DNA of 64,000 nt from an uncultured Methylomirabilota bacterium. GTDB taxonomy: Bacteria > Methylomirabilota > Methylomirabilia > Methylomirabilales > 2-02-FULL-66-22. The notes beneath the pieces were generated by a model. The model saw only the letters and a program-made list of their open reading frames with translations, had not been told where the DNA came from and did not search any database. The stretch spans positions 1,376,001-1,440,000 of the forward strand of contig OY970067.1 of NCBI GenBank assembly GCA_963705305.1, given 5' to 3'. Every line of letters starts with the position of its first letter. Position 1 is the first letter of the stretch. A program made the translations under genes and the position numbers. Shown one piece after another: positions 52,627 through 64,000 of the stretch.

Positions 52627-52887
52627 CCCTTAGAACCGCCAAGGGCTCCGGCTCTCCTGCCCTTTCGCCGGACGTTGTTTTACACGGTCCGACGAAGGAC
52701 CGCACGAACCCACGGGGCCGCAATCTGAATCCATCTAACGTGTCGGAAGTGGCAACATCCCTGATTACCGACGCGATCCCCAGCACCGGCGCCAACGATG
52801 CCTCGATGTTTCTGGCCTACCCGTCGCTCTCGGTGGCCTGCGGCGGCGGAGCGGAGCCGCCGCGGGGTCAGTTGGGAAGTTCGCTGG

Positions 52888-52916
52888 TTGTAACCTGTCA
52901 CGTTACGTGTTAACAT
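52888..52916 (+). promoter_or_regulatory. higBA promoter/operator
   Basis: TTGTAA, 17 bp, TAACAT with overlapping palindrome GTAAC-N7-GTTAC; inferred TSS near the GTG (leaderless). Confidence 0.6.
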
Positions 52917-52922
52917 GCCCCC

Positions 52923-53204
52923 GTGGCCATCCTGAGATTCAGGCACAAGGGCCTTGAACGCTTCTTCCTCCGTGGAGCGACTGCCGGCATCCAGGCCAAG
53001 CACGCCCAACGACTCCGCCTGATCCTGGGTCGACTGAATGTCGCGAAAGAGCCTCGGGACATGGGCCTGCCGGGGCTGCGCCTCCATCCACTCAAGGGCA
53101 AGCGGAAAGAGACCTGGGCCGTGAGCGTGAGCGGAAGCTGGCGGGTCACATTCGTTTTCTTAGGGCCGGATATCGTCGACGTAGATTACGAGGATTATCA
53201 CTGA
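52923..53204 (+). CDS. higB: HigB (RelE/ParE-family) toxin
   Basis: 'FRHKGLERFF', 'LRLHPLKG', 'WAVSVSGSWRVTF', 'VDYEDYH'. Confidence 0.94.
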   Translation: MAILRFRHKGLERFFLRGATAGIQAKHAQRLRLILGRLNVAKEPRDMGLPGLRLHPLKGKRKETWAVSVSGSWRVTFVFLGPDIVDVDYEDYH

Positions 53205-53213
53205 GGTGTCCCC

Positions 53214-53585
53214 ATGAAGATGCACAATCCTCCTCATCCGGGCGAGGTCCTTCGGGAGCTCTGTTTCGAACCCCTTGGTCTGACCATCACGGAGGCTGCC
53301 AGCGCTCTCGGGGTCAGCCGCAAGACTCTATCGAGCATTCTGAACTGTCGTGCCGGCATCAGCCCGGAGATGGCCGTCCGCCTGTCGATCGCCTTCGGCA
53401 CCACTGCCGAAAGCTGGCTCGGCCAGCAGCTCCAGTACGATCTGGCGAAGGCAGAGGCGAGGCGACGGTTGCTGCGCGTCAAGAAGCTCGCGGCTGCCCG
53501 ACTCCGCTTCGGTAATGCGGGACATCGCCCAGAACGACGAGCCCTGCGTCCCTCCCACTCCGCCATGCCGTGGCGGCCCGCATAG
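53214..53585 (+). CDS. higA: HigA antitoxin with extended C-terminus
   Basis: '[13 protein letters not shown]', 'LGVSRKTLS', 'ISPEMAVRL', '[12 protein letters not shown]'. Confidence 0.92.
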   Translation: MKMHNPPHPGEVLRELCFEPLGLTITEAASALGVSRKTLSSILNCRAGISPEMAVRLSIAFGTTAESWLGQQLQYDLAKAEARRRLLRVKKLAAARLRFGNAGHRPERRALRPSHSAMPWRPA

Positions 53586-53613
53586 CGGCGCCGCCTCGCG
53601 CACCGACCCCACA

Positions 53614-57285
<3,672 letters not shown>

Positions 57286-57316
57286 ACGTCTCCTTGACGG
57301 CAGTCGCCGCCGGAAT

Positions 57317-58861
57317 TCATCCCAGGCCCGCGGTGCGGCGGGCGGGCCGTCCCACGGCTGTGAGGAACATGACGCTCTTCCCGGCGGCGTGAGGCGAGAA
57401 GAATTCCGTCACCTCGTCGTCGTAGAACGTGAGGCCGGTGGCGCCCAGCCGCTCCGCGTAGGCCGTGAGATAGATCTTCCCGCCCAGGATGCCGCCTTCC
57501 AGCTGGGCCGCCCGGTAGCCGCGGTTGCCAAAGCGGGCCAAAATAGGCGGAAGGTGCGCCAGGCAATAGATATTAACCGCGGCCTGGGCGGGCAACTCCT
57601 GCTCCAAGCCGAGGTAGCCCGCCTCCCGGCGGAAGAGCCCTTCGCGCAAAAGCTCCAGGGCCCGCTCGCGCCGATGGTAAACGTAGGTGCCGGGCGCCAA
57701 GCCCTCCACGGCGTTCGCGATCAGGTAGAGAGAGTTCAGCGTCGTCCCCGGGGGCTCCAGAAAGTCGGCGGGGATCCCTCGGCTGGCCCGGTCCAGGATG
57801 GTCGAGAGCTCTTCGAAGTGGATCGGCCGGGCGGCGAAGCGCCGCGTCGAGCCCCGCCGCAGGATGACGTCGGTCAGGGAGTCGGCTGGCGCCTGTGCCT
57901 CGGCCGAGGGCCGGAGGGGCAGCACGGGGCCGGCAGGCGTGGGGATTTCTTCGGCGGGCGCGCCGCCGTGCCAGGCGGCCGCCTCCTCCCCGGTGACCAG
58001 ACAGGAGGCTGCGTGCATGGCCCGGACGGCCGGATAGTCCACCTCACGGCGGGAGAGCCGGGCGGTGGAGAGGTAAAGGGGCGCCACGGGGGGCGACGCT
58101 TCCGCCGCGGTCCCGCCGGCCCCGACGGGCACCAGGGCCAGGCCCACCTCGCGCTCCGTGTCCAGGTCGAGGAGGGCGTTCACGGCCTCGTCCACGAAGC
58201 CCAGAACGACCCGCGCCGGAAGATGCTGGGCAACTGCGGCGGCCAGCAGGTTGGCCAGGATGGTTCCGGAATCCCAGAAGGCGTGCCGGTAGGCGCGGGC
58301 CTGATACTTCCAGGCATTCCGCCAGAACGTCGTGGTGCAGGCCAGGATCGCCGGCGCTCGGGCGACGGCGGGCTCCTGTCCTGAGGCCTGGACCAGCCTT
58401 GACCGGAAGTCGCCGGCGCGCAGGCGGCGCAAGGCGAAGTCGTGGACGCCGAAATGGTACACGCCGGCGGGAAGCCCTGGGAGGTCCCCGCAGACGAGGT
58501 ACAGCTCGATGTGATAGAGGGCGCCGGTGCAGGAGGCGGCGCGGAACCCGATCTCCCAGCCGGGGCCCCGCCGCACCCGCGTGATCCCCGCAGCGAGATG
58601 GAGGAGGCGGGCCAAAGCCGAAAGGTCGGGTGCCGCCGCCGGCCCCGCGGGACCGGTAGCGGCCACGACAGTCAGGGCTGGCACGGTTATCGGCCCCATA
58701 TCCCGGGGCAGGGGAATGGCCTCCAGATCCTCGTAGATCTTGAACGGCAGGGGCTGGTTCGAGAAATCCAGGACGTGGCTGCCGGAGCGCACGGTCTCGA
58801 AAGAGTGCTTGGTCCCGTCGTGGTAGGTCCAGGTCGCCCGTGTCTCGCGATTCATAGTCAT
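57317..58861 (-). CDS. SagB/ThcOx-family dehydrogenase with tandem nitroreductase-like domains
   Basis: 'YHDGTKHS', '[16 protein letters not shown]', 'WKYQARAYR', 'RRGSTRRF', '[10 protein letters not shown]'. Confidence 0.9.
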   Translation of the reverse strand: MTMNRETRATWTYHDGTKHSFETVRSGSHVLDFSNQPLPFKIYEDLEAIPLPRDMGPITVPALTVVAATGPAGPAAAPDLSALARLLHLAAGITRVRRGPGWEIGFRAASCTGALYHIELYLVCGDLPGLPAGVYHFGVHDFALRRLRAGDFRSRLVQASGQEPAVARAPAILACTTTFWRNAWKYQARAYRHAFWDSGTILANLLAAAVAQHLPARVVLGFVDEAVNALLDLDTEREVGLALVPVGAGGTAAEASPPVAPLYLSTARLSRREVDYPAVRAMHAASCLVTGEEAAAWHGGAPAEEIPTPAGPVLPLRPSAEAQAPADSLTDVILRRGSTRRFAARPIHFEELSTILDRASRGIPADFLEPPGTTLNSLYLIANAVEGLAPGTYVYHRRERALELLREGLFRREAGYLGLEQELPAQAAVNIYCLAHLPPILARFGNRGYRAAQLEGGILGGKIYLTAYAERLGATGLTFYDDEVTEFFSPHAAGKSVMFLTAVGRPARRTAGLG

Positions 58862-59042
58862 GGTCCCGGCTCGCAGCCGCGGCAGCCGGAGGATCGTCCG
58901 GCATCTTCCGCATATCGCCGGTTGCCCCACCGGGTCTCCCCGGCCGGAGGTCGGTCAGCCGAGGCACACGAGCCTCGGGAGCACTCCGAAGCCGGCGCGG
59001 TTACGTCCGCACGATTTCGGACTCGGGACATCGCGGCCGGCC

Positions 59043-59528
59043 TCAATTGAAGCGGGCCAAAGTCTCGTGCAGAAGCTTCCGGGAATTCGGATCCTGAGGG
59101 GCGATCTGGACGGCCCCCTTGAACTCGCGGAGCGCCTCCATCCACTGGTGCCGCTGGAGATAGATGCGCCCGAGATTCAGGTAGGGATAATGTCTGGGCT
59201 CGTAGCGAGGGGCCCGCTTGGCCCTTTCCAGCCACGAAATGGCGCCGCCCAGGTCGCCTTGCTGCATCAGATACACGCCGATGTCGTTGTACGGATTGCC
59301 GAAGTCCGGGTCCACCGCGATGGCCTTGTAGCACTCGGCGATGGCCTCGTCCAGGCGGCCCTGAAAGCTATAGGTCCAGCCCAGGAAGGTGTGGGCCTCG
59401 GCCGTCGGGCACACCGCCAGGGACTCCTGGTACAGACGGACGGCCTCGTCGAGATCGCCGTTCATCTGGCGCTGGTAGGCCTGCTGCCACAACAGGGTGG
59501 CGCGCCGGAGCCGGTCGGCGTCAATCAC
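59043..59528 (-). CDS. Tetratricopeptide repeat protein
   Basis: 'AEAHTFLGWTYS', 'DPDFGNPYNDIG', 'YPYLNLGRIY'. Confidence 0.88.
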   Translation of the reverse strand: MIDADRLRRATLLWQQAYQRQMNGDLDEAVRLYQESLAVCPTAEAHTFLGWTYSFQGRLDEAIAECYKAIAVDPDFGNPYNDIGVYLMQQGDLGGAISWLERAKRAPRYEPRHYPYLNLGRIYLQRHQWMEALREFKGAVQIAPQDPNSRKLLHETLARFN

Positions 59529-60045
59529 CGTTCCGCCTCCGGTCCTCGGTGCCGGCGGGAAGGAGCTGGTGCACCAGGCTGGACTCGCGCTTGTAGAAGC
59601 CCTCGGTGTGGAAGGAGTCGCGAAGCCCCAGCAGCTCGTAGTCCAGGTGGTGGCAGAGCTCGTGAATCAGCGTCCGAAAGAATGTCCGGAAGCGTACCAC
59701 CTGATGACGCTGGGCCGTCCGCATCCAGACCGAGACGTGCGCCGCCGTCCCGCCATCCGCGGGCGTGTACAGGCCGTGCAGCTCGCCCCAGGTGCGGCTG
59801 GGCCGGGCCGCCTGGACCTGGACCCGCAGCGGAGAGACTCCCAGATCGGCAGCCAGTGCCGCCAGCAGCCGGTTGGCCGCCTCCTGCGTCCCCCGCCGGT
59901 CCTCCGCACTCAAAGCCTGTTCCAGCACGTGGACCTGGGCGTGCAGCGCTGCCGGCCGGGAAAGCCGGACGGCCGCGATCTCGTCGCTCTGCCGGTAGAT
60001 TCGCTGCTGCGCCCTGGTCAGCCGCCGGTAATAGGAAAAAGGCAC
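59521..60045 (-). CDS. Hypothetical protein with HExxH motif (SprT-like metalloprotease)
   Basis: 'RTLIHELCHHLDY...SFHTEGFY'; GTG after GAGGGAG. Confidence 0.75.
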   Translation of the reverse strand: MPFSYYRRLTRAQQRIYRQSDEIAAVRLSRPAALHAQVHVLEQALSAEDRRGTQEAANRLLAALAADLGVSPLRVQVQAARPSRTWGELHGLYTPADGGTAAHVSVWMRTAQRHQVVRFRTFFRTLIHELCHHLDYELLGLRDSFHTEGFYKRESSLVHQLLPAGTEDRRRNGD

Positions 60046-60195
60046 GCTCCCTCTCCCGATCCCTATGCGGGGCCACCACAGCCTGACACTATCAGGGCAA
60101 GTAGGTACCCGCAAGGGGGAGAGGAGGTATGGGCGAGGGGGGGGTCCGGCGAGGCGGGCGTAAGGAGAATAAAGAAGCAACGTCCCCCTTCCGAC

Positions 60196-60585
60196 TCAGC
60201 AGGGTGGGAGGGACTTTGGCCAGGCCAGGATCGCCCGAATGACCTCCCGCACATATGCGCACTCGCACCGGGCGGGGCAAGGGCGCAGGTCGTCTTTGGC
60301 GAGGCAGTACCCGGGACATTCTGCCGTTCCGGTCAGACGGGTGGCGAAACGGGGACCCTGATACAGGGTGGTGAACGCCGCTCCGGGAAGGGACAGGGTG
60401 GTCCCGCACGACCTGACCTCATGATTGAACAGAAACTGCCCGGCATCCAGCTCGTAGAAATTTGCCATGTAGCCCACCAGGCGCACGGCGGGATCAGCCA
60501 GGAACTCGTCCTGTTGGGCCCAGTGGTGGCCACACAGCGGGCACTTCTTAAAGGTGGAGGGTACCGCCTCGCCTGCTCGATCCAT
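60196..60585 (-). CDS. Cys-rich hypothetical protein (possible Zn/Fe-S binding)
   Basis: 'CPLC...FNH...CGTT...CPGYC...CPARCEC'. Confidence 0.7.
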   Translation of the reverse strand: MDRAGEAVPSTFKKCPLCGHHWAQQDEFLADPAVRLVGYMANFYELDAGQFLFNHEVRSCGTTLSLPGAAFTTLYQGPRFATRLTGTAECPGYCLAKDDLRPCPARCECAYVREVIRAILAWPKSLPPC

Positions 60586-60676
60586 GCCAGAACGTCTCCA
60601 AGGAGCGATTACCGGTCTCCGCCGGCCGTAACCCGTGCCTTCACCTCGTCGATGTCATGGCGCGGCCGGTCGGGGA

Positions 60677-60762
60677 ACGCTAAATCCTTAGGTGCCTTGT
60701 GTCAATCCTTCCCCTACTCGAATGGGCCGAGTTTGACAGGCATCTGCTTAGGGCCGTATCGT
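60677..60762. promoter_or_regulatory. Back-to-back sigma70-type promoters
   Basis: Minus: TTGACA-17-TAGCGT (60705-60677); plus: TTGACA-18-TATCGT (60733-60762). Confidence 0.55.
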
Positions 60763-60967
60763 GAAACTAGAACTCCCTACGCGTGGGAGCGGAGTGCCTC
60801 GTGGCCCCTGAAAACGGGCGGCGGGCCCCTCTGCTTTTGGGGCTGAAAGGCGAGGGGCTATCTATGTCTGGGGCACATGCACGACGCCATCGCCCGTCGG
60901 AAGCAGGGATTGGTATCCGCGTAGCTCGCACGGCATCCCCCGGACGGCAGAAGAGGAGAGGACGACG

Positions 60968-61729
60968 ATGGACTTCGCTGCGAGCACGGTCCTGATCACC
61001 GGCGGCGCGTCGGGCATCGGCCTCGGACTGGCCGAGCGGCTCCTCCAGGCGGGGGCTCAGGTGATTGTCTGCGGACGGCGGGAAGAGACGCTGCGGGCGG
61101 CCCAGGCCCGGCATCCGCGGCTGGCCATCCGGGCCTGCGACGTGGCCGAGGCCCGCGAGCGCGAAGAGCTGTTCCGCTGGGCCGTGGCGGCATTTCCGCG
61201 GCTCAACGTCCTCGTCAACAATGCCGGCATCCAGCGGCGGGTGCGGCTCACCGCGGCCGAGGAGTGGAACCGGGCGCGCCAGGAGATCGCCATCAATCTG
61301 GAGGCGCCGATCCACCTCGCCGCCCTCTTCATCCCCCACCTGCTTCAGCAGCCGCAGCCGGCCATCCTGAATGTGACCTCGGGCCTGGCCTTCGCCCCGT
61401 TGGCAGCCGTACCGATCTATTGTGCGACGAAGGCCGCCCTGCGATCCTTCACGCTCTCGCTCCGCCACCAGCTGGCCCAGACGCCGATCCAAGTCGTGGA
61501 GATCGTGCCGCCCGCCGTGAACACGGATCTGGGGGGACCCGGCCTGCATACCACCGGGGTGCCGGTCGAGGAATTTGTCGATGCGGTGATGGAGCGCCTG
61601 CGGGAAGGGGCCCTGGAGATCTCCTATGGTTTCTCGGCCCAGGCCGCCCATGCCTCCCGCGCAGAGCTGGACGCGATCTTCCAGCGCCTGAACCCGTCCG
61701 GTGCCGTGCCCGGATCGGGCCCCAGGTGA
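60968..61729 (+). CDS. Short-chain dehydrogenase (DltE-like)
   Basis: 'TGGASGIG', 'NNAGIQ', 'NVTSGLAF', 'YCATK', 'EIVPPAVNT'. Confidence 0.92.
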   Translation: MDFAASTVLITGGASGIGLGLAERLLQAGAQVIVCGRREETLRAAQARHPRLAIRACDVAEAREREELFRWAVAAFPRLNVLVNNAGIQRRVRLTAAEEWNRARQEIAINLEAPIHLAALFIPHLLQQPQPAILNVTSGLAFAPLAAVPIYCATKAALRSFTLSLRHQLAQTPIQVVEIVPPAVNTDLGGPGLHTTGVPVEEFVDAVMERLREGALEISYGFSAQAAHASRAELDAIFQRLNPSGAVPGSGPR

Positions 61730-61832
61730 GGGGCTGTTCCCGCCCCTCCTCGTCTCCGCCCCCCACGACTTTCCTTTGAGGCACTGAGGGCATAGGCGCG
61801 CCTCTGCCCCCGCCGGCGAGGGGAAGCGGCGG

Positions 61833-64000
61833 CTACCCGGCGCGGAAGAGGGAGGTGCGGTTCAGCACCCCCTCCTGAAATCGCTCCAGGTACAGGTAGA
61901 TCACCGGCGTGATGTACAGGGTGATGAACTGGGACACCACCAGGCCGCCGACCACGACCAGCCCGAGCGGGCGGCGCGAGGCCCCGTCGACGCCGTACCC
62001 GACCGCGAGGGGGATCGCCCCCATGACGGCGGCCAGGGTGGTCATGATGATGGGCCGGAAGCGATCCAGGCTGGCGTCGTGGATGGCCTCCTCGGCCGAT
62101 TTGCCGGTCGCCACCCGCTGAATGGCGAAGTCCACGATCATGATCCCATTCTTCTTCACGATCCCCATCAGCATGAACATACCGACAAACGCGTACAGAG
62201 AGGCCTGCTCGCCGAACAGGTACAGCGTCAGGAGGCCCCCCACGAGCGCGGTGGGGAGGGTCGAGAGCACGGTGAGCGGATGCAGGTAGCTTTCATAGAG
62301 GATGGCCAGGATCACGTACATGACGAACACGGCCAGGGCCATCAGGAAGGTCAGGTTGCGGACCGTGTCGGCAAACGTCAGGGCCTCGCCTTGGAAGCCC
62401 GCACGCACGGACGGCGGGACAACCTCTGCCGCGGCCTTGCGGATGAACTCGCTGGCGTCGCCGATGGCCACCCCGGGCTTGAGGTTGAAGAAGAGCGTGA
62501 CGCTGGTGAACTGATTCAGGTGGTTCACCGCCTGGGGACCCAGCGAGGGCCTCCAGGTGACCAGGGCGCGCAGCGGCACCAGCCGCTTGCCGTCGTCGGA
62601 CTTGATGTAGAGGCGCGACAGGTCCTCGGGCTTCGAGCGGGCGACGTCCTCGACCTCCAGGATGACCTGGTACTGGTCCTCGGGCTTCTTGATCAGGTAC
62701 AGGTAGTTTTCGGCGTAGGCGTTGCGCAGCAGCGCCAGGATGCGCGTTTCGGAGACCCCGTATATGCGGGCCTGCTCGCGCTGGATGTCGATGTCCAGGT
62801 TGGGGGTGTGGTCGAAAAGGTCCGAGGAGAGAGTCGCAAAGCCCGGGTACGCCCGCAACTTGCCCATGAGCCGCGCGGCCACGTCGTACACCTGAGCGGG
62901 GTTCGCCCCGGAGACGGCATAGGCGTACTGTCCCTGGGTCTGCTGGGTCGCCCCCGTGCTGATCTCCAGGACCGGGAACGGCCGCAGGAACGGGAAGACA
63001 CCGGGGATGCCGGCCAGCCTCCCCATCAGCCGGCCCGCCACGCCCTGGATCGGCGCGCGCTCTCCGGGCGGCTTGAGGAACAGGAGCAGGAGCCCCTGGT
63101 TGGAGGAGAGGAACTGGCTGTTCCCGGTCATGGTGAACGTGGCCCCGATAGCGGGGTCCTGCCGGAGCACGGCGTCGGCCCGGTCCTGCAGGCCTCGCAT
63201 CTGCTCGGCCGACGAGCCCTCCTGGCCGATCATGACGCCCCAGATGAAGCTGCTGTCGCCCACCGGCAGGAAAGTCCGGGGGATGATCAGGAAGAGCCCG
63301 ATCGTGCCGGCCAGGCAGGCCCCCCAGATCAGCAGGGAGATCCACCGGTGTCGCAGGAACCACCAGAGGGACGCGCCGTAGCCCGACAGCACCCGCCTCT
63401 CGATCCCGCCGATCACCCGCTCCACCCAGGTCCGCTTGACTCCCGGGCCCCGACCCTTGAGGAGCCGCGCGCACATGAGCGGCGTGAGGGTGAGGGACAC
63501 CAAGCCCGACGCTAAGATCGCAACCACAATGGTGACGGCGAACTCGCGGAAGATGCGGCCGACCAGCCCGGGCATGAAGACCAGGGGGATGAACACGGCC
63601 GCCAGGGAGATGGTCATGGAGAGGATGGTGAAGCTGATCTCTTGCGTGCTGTTGAGGGCAGCCTCCATCGGCCCCTCTCCGTGCTCCATGCGGCGCACCG
63701 TGTTCTCCAGGAACACGATCGCGTCGTCCACCAGGAACCCGATCGCCAGGACGAGCGCCATCAGCGATAAGTTGTCGAGGCTGTACCCCAGGAGCCCCAT
63801 GGCCACAAAGGTGAGGAGCAGCGACAGGGGCAGGGCCACGGCCGGGATCAGGGTGTCCGTGGCTCGCCCCAGGAACAGGAAGATGACCGCCACTACCAGG
63901 ACAAAGGCGATGAGGAGCGTGGTCTGCACGTCCTGGACGGAGTTCACGATGGTTTGGGAGCGGTCGTAGATCAGCGTGATCCGCACCGATCCGGGAAGCT
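61833..64000 (-). CDS. RND efflux permease subunit (MdtB/MdtC-like), 5'-truncated by window edge
   Basis: 'GFLVDDAIVFLEN', 'SLTLTPLMC', 'GIVKKNGIMIVDFA', 'RFRPIIMTT'. Confidence 0.95.
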   Translation of the reverse strand, partial: LPGSVRITLIYDRSQTIVNSVQDVQTTLLIAFVLVVAVIFLFLGRATDTLIPAVALPLSLLLTFVAMGLLGYSLDNLSLMALVLAIGFLVDDAIVFLENTVRRMEHGEGPMEAALNSTQEISFTILSMTISLAAVFIPLVFMPGLVGRIFREFAVTIVVAILASGLVSLTLTPLMCARLLKGRGPGVKRTWVERVIGGIERRVLSGYGASLWWFLRHRWISLLIWGACLAGTIGLFLIIPRTFLPVGDSSFIWGVMIGQEGSSAEQMRGLQDRADAVLRQDPAIGATFTMTGNSQFLSSNQGLLLLFLKPPGERAPIQGVAGRLMGRLAGIPGVFPFLRPFPVLEISTGATQQTQGQYAYAVSGANPAQVYDVAARLMGKLRAYPGFATLSSDLFDHTPNLDIDIQREQARIYGVSETRILALLRNAYAENYLYLIKKPEDQYQVILEVEDVARSKPEDLSRLYIKSDDGKRLVPLRALVTWRPSLGPQAVNHLNQFTSVTLFFNLKPGVAIGDASEFIRKAAAEVVPPSVRAGFQGEALTFADTVRNLTFLMALAVFVMYVILAILYESYLHPLTVLSTLPTALVGGLLTLYLFGEQASLYAFVGMFMLMGIVKKNGIMIVDFAIQRVATGKSAEEAIHDASLDRFRPIIMTTLAAVMGAIPLAVGYGVDGASRRPLGLVVVGGLVVSQFITLYITPVIYLYLERFQEGVLNRTSLFRAG

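Noticed and set aside
52620..52880. Integron attC site after higA (GCCTAAC at the stop)
   Set aside because: No matching GTTRRRY core site with a paired stem at a plausible distance; no integrase or cassette array
57317..60585. Thiazole/oxazole RiPP cluster around the SagB-type gene
   Set aside because: No YcaO, E1-like protein, dedicated transporter or Cys/Ser-rich precursor with a leader

Overview
GC-rich bacterial chromosomal window with no rRNA or CRISPR array. Left part is housekeeping: sugar ABC permease (partial), bactofilin, iscS-mnmA, an F-type ATP synthase operon atpI-F-H-A-G-D-C that lacks atpB/atpE, an FmdB-type zinc-ribbon gene and a WYL regulator divergent from tRNA-Phe(GAA). 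Directly after the tRNA is a ~12 kb accessory region (about 12.3-24.8 kb) of minus-strand genes for secreted and membrane proteins. It holds a serpin, two small secreted proteins that may also be protease inhibitors, a HEAT-repeat membrane protein, and a ~567-aa secreted Cys-rich repeat protein cleanly split by an intact IS21-family element (istA-istB, 9-bp target duplication). The rest is mostly catabolic/redox genes (CoA transferase III, AKR, divergent DeoC, UroD-family, Fba, Qor, PcaD, SDRs, GDH, DLH, DHDPS-family), MscL, a rhomboid fusion, entericidin, rubrerythrin, an orphan ABC binding protein, MFS, SUI1/YciH, HigBA modules, a YyaL-AKR fusion with a SagB-type dehydrogenase, and a partial RND pump. 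Non-coding structure: three copies of a MITE-like structured repeat, a 115-bp duplicated putative regulatory module, REP-like elements and a triplicated ribosome-binding site in front of SUI1. All calls are from motif recognition by eye; no database searches were run.
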